From the NCBI GenBank assembly GCA_964554465.1, contig CAZKOV010000002.1, forward strand, positions 2,935-34,949: 32,015 nucleotides of DNA, written 5' to 3'. The stretch is from an uncultured archaeon. GTDB taxonomy: Archaea > Aenigmatarchaeota > Aenigmatarchaeia > QMZP01 > QMZT01. Under the pieces are notes generated by a model. That model was not told the DNA's origin. It searched no databases and saw only the letters and a list, made by a program, of their open reading frames with translations. Shown here piece after piece: positions 17,106 to 25,390 of this stretch. The number at the start of each line of letters is the position of its first letter. Position 1 is the first letter of the stretch. A program made the position numbers and the translations under genes.

Positions 17106-17693
17106 TTAGTAATTCTCACATTTTATCTGGAAATAGCTTTTAGGATGGCTGCAAGAAGGACAGCTTTCCGGCGGCTCGCTTCCGTCGTGTATATAGCCGC
17201 ATTTCATGCACATCCAGTATCTTTTGTCCGGTTTCTTGAACACCGTTTTGTTTTCCAGAACTTCGAGGAGTTTTGTGTACCTTTCTTCATGGTGCTCTTC
17301 AGCCTTTGCAATGGCCCTTATTCTTGCAGCAATGGCAGAGAAGCCTTCGTCTGCAGCTGTTTTTGCGAATTCCGGATAAAGGCCGCTGTTTTCTTCATGC
17401 TCTCCTTTTATTGCTGCTATGAGGTTGGCTTTCGTGTCCCCGATAGTTATAACGGCTGACGTGTCAACCATAATATTTTCGATGTCTTCTGTTTCCTCTT
17501 TCTTTGCTTCCTGAAGCATCCTGAAAAACCATTTCGCGTGCTCTCTCTCGTTTTCTGCCGTGAGAAGGAATATCTCCGCAATCTGCATGAATCCTTCCTT
17601 CTCGGCAATTCTTGCGTACATCGTGTACCTGTTCCTTGCCTGGGATTCCCCCACAAAAGCCTTGGTTAAATTTTCAACTGTCTCCAACATCAT
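17106..17693 (-). CDS. rbr: Rubrerythrin (di-iron domain plus C-terminal rubredoxin domain, 195 aa)
   Basis: FVGESQARNRYTMYA, ENEREHAKWF, AKAEEHHEERY and C-terminal CMKCGY...CPSCSHP. AAGGTGG SD. Confidence 0.9.
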   Translation of the reverse strand: MMLETVENLTKAFVGESQARNRYTMYARIAEKEGFMQIAEIFLLTAENEREHAKWFFRMLQEAKKEETEDIENIMVDTSAVITIGDTKANLIAAIKGEHEENSGLYPEFAKTAADEGFSAIAARIRAIAKAEEHHEERYTKLLEVLENKTVFKKPDKRYWMCMKCGYIHDGSEPPESCPSCSHPKSYFQIKCENY

Positions 17694-17770
17694 AAACCAC
17701 CTTACTGTCTATTTGGATTTTCTATATTTATAGGTGAAGATATCCCAATAGATACCAAATTACAGAAAAG

Positions 17771-18358
17771 TTAAGAGGATTTTTCAGAATGTTTTTTGTC
17801 CTTCGGCTTTCTTATCTTATTCCTTGCTTTTGTTTTCAGTGATTTTATCCTTTCCCATTCCTCCTGAAGCTTCGATTTATGCTCTATCGTAAACGACAGG
17901 TGTGACCATAGATACATGAAAACGGCAAGCGCGAGAAGATATCCCATATACCTGAATAAATATAGATTTTCAGGCCTTCCCACAATCTTCAAAATAGTTA
18001 CTATGTCCCCGGAATCTGCAAAGAAGTAGAAAAGGGGATCAGATGCGAATCCTATCATTGCGAACATTAGAAGGTTGCTAAGAATCATGTGCTTCTTCAT
18101 TCGCGCGTATAATATCAATAATGCGAGGAAAATGGAGATAAAGATATTGCCCATAAGCCCTGCAGCAAGAAAAACCACGGCCTGAATATCGTTAAGATTG
18201 CATAACGGGGCCACTTCTGCAAAAATTCCGGCTTCGTATGTATGATGCATTGTGAATATGTAAGAGCAGTCAAATTCTTTCAGAATCATTATATGAAATG
18301 ACTCGTGTGTCAGGGGCGCAATAAAAACAGCTATTATAAGAAATACTATAAGACCCAA
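17771..18358 (-). CDS. Polytopic membrane protein with N-terminal HExxH motif (putative zincin, DUF3267-like, 195 aa)
   Basis: LTHESFHIM lies at the end of TM1, followed by about 5 hydrophobic helices and a basic C-terminal tail. TTG start (no in-frame ATG upstream). The family assignment is from memory only. Confidence 0.45.
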   Translation of the reverse strand: MGLIVFLIIAVFIAPLTHESFHIMILKEFDCSYIFTMHHTYEAGIFAEVAPLCNLNDIQAVVFLAAGLMGNIFISIFLALLILYARMKKHMILSNLLMFAMIGFASDPLFYFFADSGDIVTILKIVGRPENLYLFRYMGYLLALAVFMYLWSHLSFTIEHKSKLQEEWERIKSLKTKARNKIRKPKDKKHSEKSS

Positions 18359-18416
18359 GATTCCAGAGGAATAATAATTCTTATAATATCCCCTTGGCGT
18401 TGTTTTCTCGTAACCT

Positions 18417-18599
18417 TCAATTTTTATCCCCTTGGCTTATCTCTGATGGATTTGTATCGTTTACCAAATTCGCTAGATTCATAAGTTCCTGTCTCTGGCA
18501 TTCAAAAATATCCGGAATGGAGTATCTGTTTTTAACAATATAAATAATGAATGACATTATCGTCAGCATAAAGGAAATGAAAATAATTCTCTCTATCAT
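18417..18599 (-). CDS. Small single-TM protein (60 aa from ATG 18599)
   Basis: The hydrophobic helix begins right after the start (MIERIIFISFMLTIMSFIIYIV). The ATG follows the upstream stop after 1 nt (TGA-C-ATG), suggesting coupled translation. Confidence 0.4.
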   Translation of the reverse strand: MIERIIFISFMLTIMSFIIYIVKNRYSIPDIFECQRQELMNLANLVNDTNPSEISQGDKN

Positions 18600-18600
18600 G

Positions 18601-19899
18601 TCAGTCACTCATTTCCTCTATTATGCGACGGGCGCTTTTATAGAAGTCTGAAAAGTTCTCTCCTTCAAAACCTTTACCGGCATATTCACATTCGCTTACC
18701 CTCTGGAAAAATCCAATTATTTCTTTTTTAATGTCATCGTGAATTTCCTTCTTCTCCTTCAATATATCTATAAGTTCCCCGTACGTTGTGGAAAAATTAA
18801 TTTCAAGTTTAATCTCAAGGAAATCCTTAAGTACGTGAGCAACTTTTATTATTGCTTTCCTTCTGTCTGATATTTCTTTTATTTTCTCAAGATTTTCTTT
18901 TGCCAGTCTCTCAAGTTTTGCTTCCCTGTTTTCTTTTTTAGTCTGCTTGAAAATCTTGGTTACTCCCGTGATAAGTCCCCCTTCCTTCTTTTCCTCTGTC
19001 TTCTTTTTCTTTTTCTTTTTTTCTTCGGCTTTCTTTTCCTTGGGCGGAATTTCTTTTTTCATATCTATAAGTTTGATTTCCTCATCGGTTTTCTTTTCAA
19101 TCTGATCCTCTCCCTTTTTTGACTGAACAAATTCCACCCGACTGCCAAAGGGTTTAGCTGGTATATTAATATCAATCGCTTGCCTGGGGGGTTTTGGTTC
19201 CTCCGGTGGTTTCGGAGCCTCCGAAGGTGCCCTCTGTGAACTCTGCATTTCTATCTGATGTTTTTTCTCTTGATCCTCTTCAGGGGATTTTGGAATTTCC
19301 TGTACGTTTTGCTGGTTTAGGGGTTCTGGCTCTACATTTTGCTGCGGCTCTTCATTTACAGCCCGTTTTTCTTCTTTTATCGTCTCATCCTGTTTGAAGA
19401 CGTCATCTTTTCCTTCTTCGGCTTCTTCTCTATACCAGCTATCTGGTGATTCTTTTTTTTGCAATTGATCGGATTGGCCGGAAGAAAATCTAAGGTTAAT
19501 AGGTGTACCTTCACCTTCTGTTTGCGCTGGCATAAGCATGGGAGATATACCCGAGAAACCGAATCCTGCATAACGATTTCCCATTCTCAGTGCATCATAG
19601 AAAAGACTTGCAGGGAAGTTGACTTTGTCGGAATCGAAATTAAGCGGTACCTGTTCTTTTCCGGTATCAAAAACAACTCTCGGACCTTTTGCATCCTTTA
19701 TTATCTTTATTTCGCCCAGAACCATTTCCTTTTCGGGTATTCTTACAGTCTTGACTTTTGTAATCGTTTTCATTTTTCCATTCAATATTTCTTTCTGTCT
19801 CTTTATTTCTTTAATTCCGGACTCATATTCCTTTTTAGTTATAACACCCTTCATATAAGCCTTCTTCAATATATCTGATAGTTTTTGAGACATGAACAT
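18601..19899 (-). CDS. K/E/P-rich, largely low-complexity protein with ordered N- and C-terminal modules (about 432 aa)
   Basis: Long ORF in an operon position after the VWA gene. N-terminal AYMKGVITKKEYESGIKEI is SHOCT-like. The middle is E/K/P/Q-rich with KKKKKKK. The C-terminal ~90 aa is helical. Track start is TTG 19908; ATGs at 19899 and 19893. Confidence 0.6.
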   Translation of the reverse strand: MFMSQKLSDILKKAYMKGVITKKEYESGIKEIKRQKEILNGKMKTITKVKTVRIPEKEMVLGEIKIIKDAKGPRVVFDTGKEQVPLNFDSDKVNFPASLFYDALRMGNRYAGFGFSGISPMLMPAQTEGEGTPINLRFSSGQSDQLQKKESPDSWYREEAEEGKDDVFKQDETIKEEKRAVNEEPQQNVEPEPLNQQNVQEIPKSPEEDQEKKHQIEMQSSQRAPSEAPKPPEEPKPPRQAIDINIPAKPFGSRVEFVQSKKGEDQIEKKTDEEIKLIDMKKEIPPKEKKAEEKKKKKKKTEEKKEGGLITGVTKIFKQTKKENREAKLERLAKENLEKIKEISDRRKAIIKVAHVLKDFLEIKLEINFSTTYGELIDILKEKKEIHDDIKKEIIGFFQRVSECEYAGKGFEGENFSDFYKSARRIIEEMSD

Positions 19900-19979
19900 T
19901 ACCAACAATTATTAATGTAATTAATTATTATGGTTAATACTTTAATAAATCATAATTAACCGCAAACATGTGGCTTATA

Positions 19980-20930
19980 TTAGGGCAGCGGTCTGTATTT
20001 TGTTATTTCTAAACCCCACTCTATAAGAAGAACGAAACAGACGAGCAAAAGCAGGTAGAAGGTCGGGCTTATCTCGGCTTCCTTGTATTTTATTCCCGCC
20101 TTGAGGGCATCGCTAAGCGCCGTCTCGTTGGAAACCACGAAATACATACCATCAGTGTCTTCTGCTATTAATTTAAGTGCATCTTCATCCAGTTCGGGGA
20201 AACGTGCAATTGTCTTATTGGAATCAGTCGAGTTGTCATAAACGGTTACGTTTTCCTGCTTTGTACCTATGCCTATGACTATTACTTTTATGTTGTTTTC
20301 CTTCAATGTTTTGAGCGAATCGTTAATTGGTGTTCCCATGTTATTTATACCGTCTGTTGTCAGTATTATCGTTCTGTTTCTGTTTGAATCGTAAAGAAGG
20401 GACGTACTTGTTATAAGTGCATCACCTATCGCTGTTCCTGCGGGCTGCTCAAGTCTTACAGCTTTCATTATTTTTTTGAGTTCATTCTGGTCTTCAATCA
20501 GCTTCGTTTTTACGTAAGCCTTACCTGAAAAGGTCACTATGCCTATATTTGTTTTTTGTATATCATCGAGCCACTCAAGATACACCTCTTTCGCGGCCTC
20601 CAGCCTGTTTGGAGTGAAATCAGGAGTGAGCATGGAAGAAGACGTGTCTATTGCCATGACAAAGTCTGTATTAGCTATGTACTGACCGTATATAAGCCTC
20701 GGGTCGGATATTGTTATGACTATCAGGGCAAAGACCATTATCCTCAATATAAGCGGGACAAGACTTACGGAAAATATCTTTCTTCCCATTGTCCTTTCAA
20801 GTGTCTCGTAATTGCCGAAAACCATTGTTCTTTTTTTTGAAAATTTCTTCGAAAGGAGAAATAATATTACAACAACGCCTATCAAAATCAGAAGCATGTT
20901 CATATATTCGTATGAAAATATCAGTCTCAT
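19980..20930 (-). CDS. Membrane-anchored von Willebrand factor A domain protein (BatA-like, 316 aa)
   Basis: Two N-terminal TM helices. MIDAS DxSxS in VMAIDTSSSM, TDGINN, and a C-terminal TM. Confidence 0.85.
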   Translation of the reverse strand: MRLIFSYEYMNMLLILIGVVVILFLLSKKFSKKRTMVFGNYETLERTMGRKIFSVSLVPLILRIMVFALIVITISDPRLIYGQYIANTDFVMAIDTSSSMLTPDFTPNRLEAAKEVYLEWLDDIQKTNIGIVTFSGKAYVKTKLIEDQNELKKIMKAVRLEQPAGTAIGDALITSTSLLYDSNRNRTIILTTDGINNMGTPINDSLKTLKENNIKVIVIGIGTKQENVTVYDNSTDSNKTIARFPELDEDALKLIAEDTDGMYFVVSNETALSDALKAGIKYKEAEISPTFYLLLLVCFVLLIEWGLEITKYRPLP

Positions 20931-20942
20931 TTAATATAACAC

Positions 20943-21935
20943 CTAGTATTCTTCACTGAGTTCTATGTATTTAACCAGTTGCTTGACAAACGTATCGGTA
21001 GTGTATATCCTGAAAAAACCGGCATGAGTGTTTCTGAATTCAGATTCAATCATGTTAACCTGTTCCGCTGCAAGTTTTTCGTATTTTAAACGTGCAACAT
21101 CCGAATCGATTGTCATTATCCTATCGCTGAATGGATCTTTCACTCTCATATATCCTATATTTTTGGGAAGAACCTCGTCCCTTATATCTTTTACCATAAT
21201 TCCTATAATGCGATCGATCTTGCCTCCCAGCATTTTTAATGCATTCTTCCATTCTTCTCCTTTTATGCCAAGGAAATCGGAAATAATGAATAAAATAGTC
21301 CTCGGATCAGCTATGTTAAGAACATAAGACAAAACATCTTCCAGATTGCATGGACCCTGCTGATTTTTTGGATCTACAATCAGCCGGAGAGATTTATAAT
21401 ATTGCGTGTTTTCGTTCGAAGGTTCAAGATTTTTAACGACGCCATCATTGAAAATAGTAAATCCCGTATTATCTCCTGTTTCCACAGCCGCATATACTAT
21501 TGCACCAGCAACTATGCTTGCATATTCGTATTTTGTTCTATTCTGTGTCCCAAAAAACATGGAACTTGATGAATCCAGAAGCACTTGTACGAACAAGTCC
21601 CTTTCCTCTTCATATTGCTTTACATATAAAGATTTTGAACGGAGAGATGCTTTCCAGTCAATTTTAGTTGCATCATCCTGACCGGGGACGTATTCCCGAA
21701 GGCCTGCAAACTCTATACCGCTTCCCTTGAAAAGAATCTGATATTTCAGCATGAACCTGAAAACATCAATGAGTTTTTTTACTTCCTTATCAATCTCGTT
21801 TATCAGATTTTTCATTACAAGATTCGGATCGTCTGTGCTTCCTTCGCCCCTTATCTTAGTACTAAGGGCTTGGGACAGTCTCCTATACTTGGTTTTTTCC
21901 TTTTTTAAATTCCCGGTTTCTTCTTTTTCACTCAT
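20943..21935 (-). CDS. DUF58 family protein (330 aa)
   Basis: REYVPGQDDATKIDWKASLRSKSLYVKQYEEERD and VLLDSSSSM are classical DUF58 signatures. ATGA overlap with the upstream moxR. Confidence 0.8.
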   Translation of the reverse strand: MSEKEETGNLKKEKTKYRRLSQALSTKIRGEGSTDDPNLVMKNLINEIDKEVKKLIDVFRFMLKYQILFKGSGIEFAGLREYVPGQDDATKIDWKASLRSKSLYVKQYEEERDLFVQVLLDSSSSMFFGTQNRTKYEYASIVAGAIVYAAVETGDNTGFTIFNDGVVKNLEPSNENTQYYKSLRLIVDPKNQQGPCNLEDVLSYVLNIADPRTILFIISDFLGIKGEEWKNALKMLGGKIDRIIGIMVKDIRDEVLPKNIGYMRVKDPFSDRIMTIDSDVARLKYEKLAAEQVNMIESEFRNTHAGFFRIYTTDTFVKQLVKYIELSEEY

Positions 21936-23173
21936 AAAACAGGAACCCTCTTCATTATTTCTTCAATTAAATCATCTGTGCTTATTTCTTTGGCCTTCCC
22001 TTCATAGTTAAGAATTAACCTGTGACGGAGAACTTCTTTTGCAACCGATTTTATATCTTCAGGAGTTACAAACACTCTTCCGTTTAGAAGTGCTGTTGCT
22101 TTTGCCGAGAGACCCAAAAATATGCTTGCTCTCGGGGAAGCTCCGTACTGTATGTATTTTGCTTCTTCGCCAAGTCCGTGTTCCTTCGGATTTCTTGTTG
22201 CATCAACTATGTTGACTATATATTCCTTTAACTCCTGAGAAAGGTGAATATACTTTACAATCTCCTGCATCTCAATTATCTCGTAAGGGGATATCACTTT
22301 ACGGATACCGTATTCTTCTATTGTTTTCATGTTGCTGTTCTGATCCATGACAAGAAATTCGTTATCTTCATCAGGGTAATCGACAAAAACTTTGAATAAG
22401 AAACGGTCTATTTGGGCCGCTGACAATGGATAGACACCACGCTGTTCAAGCGGGTTCTGGGTTGCCATCACGAAGAAAGGTTTTGGAAGATCGTAAGTTT
22501 TTCTTCCTATAGTGACCTGATTCTCTTGCATTGCCTGAAGCATCGCGGACTGGACTTTAGGTGGTGTTCTGTTAAGTTCGTCGGCCAGTATAACATTTGC
22601 AAAAATAGGTCCTTTCATGACATAGAAACCTTTAATTTTATCATAAACAGTGACACCTGTAATGTCTGTTGGCAGAAGATCGGGAGTAAACTGTATCCTG
22701 TTAAAAGAACTGTTTTGCATTGCCTCGTTCAAAAGCATTGCGAGAAGTGTTTTTGCAAGTCCGGGCACCGATTCCAATAAGACATGACCTCCTGAAACCA
22801 TGCATTTCAGTACGGAATCTATAACCGTATCCTGTCCTATTATACCCTTTTTTACTTCGTTTTTTATTGTTTCTATCTTTTGCTTGTATTTTTTCACACA
22901 ATCCAGGAGTTCTTCTTCTGTTGGAGCGTGCCTTTCATAATCAGCTTTTGCTGTAAATCCTTTAGTGTCTTCTGAAACATTATCTATAACGGTCGATTTA
23001 ATTCCTCTTTCTGTTTCAGTCGTTTCTTCCTTTTTTGCCGGACTACTTGTCTTTTTCTTCTTATGTTTCCTTGAAGCCGTTTTTTTAACTTTTACAAGCC
23101 TTTTTTTTACAGTTCTTTTTTTGACTGGTTTTCTCTTTGGTGCTGTCTTCCTTGCCTTCTTTTTAGTCGTCAT
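21932..23173 (-). CDS. moxR: MoxR-type AAA+ ATPase paralogue with ~60-aa polybasic N-terminal extension (within ~85 extra N-terminal residues) and deviant Walker A (413 aa)
   Basis: MoxR core (FTPDLLPTDITGVT, ADELNRTPPKVQSAMLQAMQE, FFVMATQNP). The P-loop reads SVPGLAKT instead of GxPGxGKT. The N-terminus is MTTKKKARKTAPKRKPVKKRTVKKRLVKVKKTASRKHKKKK. Confidence 0.9.
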   Translation of the reverse strand: MTTKKKARKTAPKRKPVKKRTVKKRLVKVKKTASRKHKKKKTSSPAKKEETTETERGIKSTVIDNVSEDTKGFTAKADYERHAPTEEELLDCVKKYKQKIETIKNEVKKGIIGQDTVIDSVLKCMVSGGHVLLESVPGLAKTLLAMLLNEAMQNSSFNRIQFTPDLLPTDITGVTVYDKIKGFYVMKGPIFANVILADELNRTPPKVQSAMLQAMQENQVTIGRKTYDLPKPFFVMATQNPLEQRGVYPLSAAQIDRFLFKVFVDYPDEDNEFLVMDQNSNMKTIEEYGIRKVISPYEIIEMQEIVKYIHLSQELKEYIVNIVDATRNPKEHGLGEEAKYIQYGASPRASIFLGLSAKATALLNGRVFVTPEDIKSVAKEVLRHRLILNYEGKAKEISTDDLIEEIMKRVPVL

Positions 23174-24162
23174 AACACCGGCACCTTCTTTATTATCTCA
23201 TCAACAATGTCGTCTGTTACTATCTCCTTCGCCTTGCCTTCATAGTTAAGAATTATCCTGTGACGGAGAACTTCTTTTGCAACAACCCTTATATCTTCTG
23301 GTTTGACGTATGTCCTTCCATCAAGAAGTGCTGTTGCACGTGATGCCAGCCCAATATATATTGTAGCCCTTGGCGAGCCTCCCCATTGCATATAATGGGC
23401 GTTGTCAAGTTCATACTTTTTGGGATCTCTTGTAGCCGAAACCATATGGAGAATGTATCTTTTGAGTTCGTCAGAAATGTAAATATTTTTTACTATCTGC
23501 TGAACCTCTAGTATTTCACTGAGGGAAATTGCCGGCTCAATTCCGTAATCATCAAGGCTTTTATTGTCTGCGTTGTTTTCTACAATTTCAATTTCATGCT
23601 CCTTGTTGGGATATGTTATAGTCCCCTTGAACAGAAAACGGTCAACCTGCGCCTCAGGCAAAGGATAAACGCCTTTAGTTTCTACAGGATTTTGTGTAGC
23701 CATGACGAAGAAAGGTTTAGGAAGATCGAATGTTTCCTTACCTATAGTGACCTGACGTTCCTGCATTGCCTGAAGCATTGAAGATTGGACTTTTGGTGGC
23801 GTCCTGTTTATCTCATCGCCTATTACTATATTCCCGAAAATGGGTCCCTTGACGATATAGAATTCACCTTTCTTCTCATCATAAATGGTGACGCCTGTTA
23901 TATCTGTTGGCAGGAGATCTGGAGTGAACTGTATTCTCTGGAAAACGACATCTTTGACGGTTTTTGCTAGAATAGTTACTATTAAAGTTTTCCCAACACC
24001 AGGAACACCTTCAACAAGAACGTGACCGTTGCATATTAAAGCTCTAGAAAGAGTATTAACAATTGCATCCTGTCCTACTATGGCCTTTTTTATCTCTTTT
24101 TTGATGTTTTTGAATTTTTGACTATATAATTCCACTTTATTTTCAAGCTCCAGATTATTCAT
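23170..24162 (-). CDS. moxR: MoxR-type AAA+ ATPase (330 aa)
   Basis: Canonical Walker A GVPGVGKT, Walker B IGDEINR, PPKVQSSMLQAMQERQVTIG and FFVMATQNP. Its own TATA-like element and a T-rich tract lie upstream (24163-24302). Confidence 0.9.
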   Translation of the reverse strand: MNNLELENKVELYSQKFKNIKKEIKKAIVGQDAIVNTLSRALICNGHVLVEGVPGVGKTLIVTILAKTVKDVVFQRIQFTPDLLPTDITGVTIYDEKKGEFYIVKGPIFGNIVIGDEINRTPPKVQSSMLQAMQERQVTIGKETFDLPKPFFVMATQNPVETKGVYPLPEAQVDRFLFKGTITYPNKEHEIEIVENNADNKSLDDYGIEPAISLSEILEVQQIVKNIYISDELKRYILHMVSATRDPKKYELDNAHYMQWGGSPRATIYIGLASRATALLDGRTYVKPEDIRVVAKEVLRHRIILNYEGKAKEIVTDDIVDEIIKKVPVL

Positions 24163-24302
24163 GATTATATTATTATTTAAGACCCCATTTATAGTTTATA
24201 TTTTGTTTTCCAAAAAGCATTAGCCACATAGAAAAAATAATTATCACTAAAAGTAAAAAAGTAATAAAAGAAAAAGAGAATGGGTTTATTGGTTTATTTT
24301 AT

Positions 24303-25301
24303 TTATGTTGCCTGATCGCTCATAGCGATTATGGTCATTGTTCCTTCCTTAGCTATACCCATCATGACACCGTATGGTATACGGACATGTATATCTGCAA
24401 TGGTTGAATTACCTGGATACAGGTTTCCGTCAGTCGAGTTATCCCAGAAGTATTTGACATACGCTCCGGCTCCTCCGGTGTATGCAGCAGAAGCCCCTGG
24501 AGCATCCAAGTTCCATTTGTACAGCATCAGCTTTTCTCCGCAATCCCAGACAGCGACCGTGTAACTTGTCCACGGACCTGCATCTATGTTTACATATCCG
24601 ACATTCCCTGAAGGACTGCCTGTCCATCCAGCATCGTTCAGTGTAAATTCATTGAAATCTACACCATCTTGTGCATCCTCGTTTGTATCGAAGTTCAGTG
24701 AACCGTCAACCGTCTGCGAGTGATAGTTGATGCCGATTCTCAGTGTTGTTGTGTTGCAGTTTGCGGGCGTCGACTGGTTTTCGACCGTCCAGAAATACTC
24801 ATACGTCGTGTTCCTGATACGGCCATATCTCCAGTTCGCGGGCGTGTTCAAGTATACAAGTTCCTGGCTTTCGTTATATTCCATCCTGTTGACGAAATAG
24901 TATGTATCATCCTGATATTTGGATACCACAACGAAGTTTGCAGAGTCATAGTTTAATGGATCACCTGTACCGAACGGGTTTGAAGATTCATATGTTGTGT
25001 TAAACCATATATGGGTTATATTTGTTGAGCCTATGTTCTCGATCTGGATGCTGCCTGGCCTGTTGAAATGTGTTTTCTGATATAGGTTCTGACCTGTACC
25101 CACAGTACCCGGGTTTAAAGCGCTGTTGTTGAAAATCAGTTTTTCGGGTGCAGCATCAACCAACGTAAGCGCTGCTATCTCTACAGTTATGTTTGCCGTG
25201 TTTGTTGTATTGGTATTTGCTGCTTCGGTACCAGGGAAATTGGAAATTCCCACGATTCCGACAGCCAATATCGCTAAAAGAGCCACTAATTTCCTCATCA
25301 T
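24303..25301 (-). CDS. Secreted, N-glycosylation-sequon-rich protein, paralogue A (about 332 aa)
   Basis: Signal peptide (MMRKLVALLAILAVGIVGISNFPGTEA). At least 10 N-x-S/T sequons and no C-terminal TM. AAGGTGAAATGG precedes ATG 25301 (the track start at 25310 is GTG). Confidence 0.7.
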   Translation of the reverse strand: MMRKLVALLAILAVGIVGISNFPGTEAANTNTTNTANITVEIAALTLVDAAPEKLIFNNSALNPGTVGTGQNLYQKTHFNRPGSIQIENIGSTNITHIWFNTTYESSNPFGTGDPLNYDSANFVVVSKYQDDTYYFVNRMEYNESQELVYLNTPANWRYGRIRNTTYEYFWTVENQSTPANCNTTTLRIGINYHSQTVDGSLNFDTNEDAQDGVDFNEFTLNDAGWTGSPSGNVGYVNIDAGPWTSYTVAVWDCGEKLMLYKWNLDAPGASAAYTGGAGAYVKYFWDNSTDGNLYPGNSTIADIHVRIPYGVMMGIAKEGTMTIIAMSDQAT

Positions 25302-25390
25302 CCATTTCACCTTACCTAATATTTACTTACAACCTCCTTATAAGCATTGAGTTGATAATGACAACAATTCTACTCATATAGTTTTTTATT

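Noticed and set aside
18985-19045. T/C homopolymer-rich tract as a regulatory repeat or polypyrimidine element
   Set aside because: It is the antisense of the in-frame lysine/glutamate run (KKAEEKKKKKKKTEEKK) of the 432-aa protein, so it is coding low complexity.
22900-23173. Separate histone-like or basic small gene encoding the K/R-rich segment
   Set aside because: The segment is in frame and continuous with the MoxR core. Its ATG overlaps the upstream moxR stop (ATGA), and there is no internal SD/ATG at the core boundary. It is an N-terminal extension, not a separate gene.
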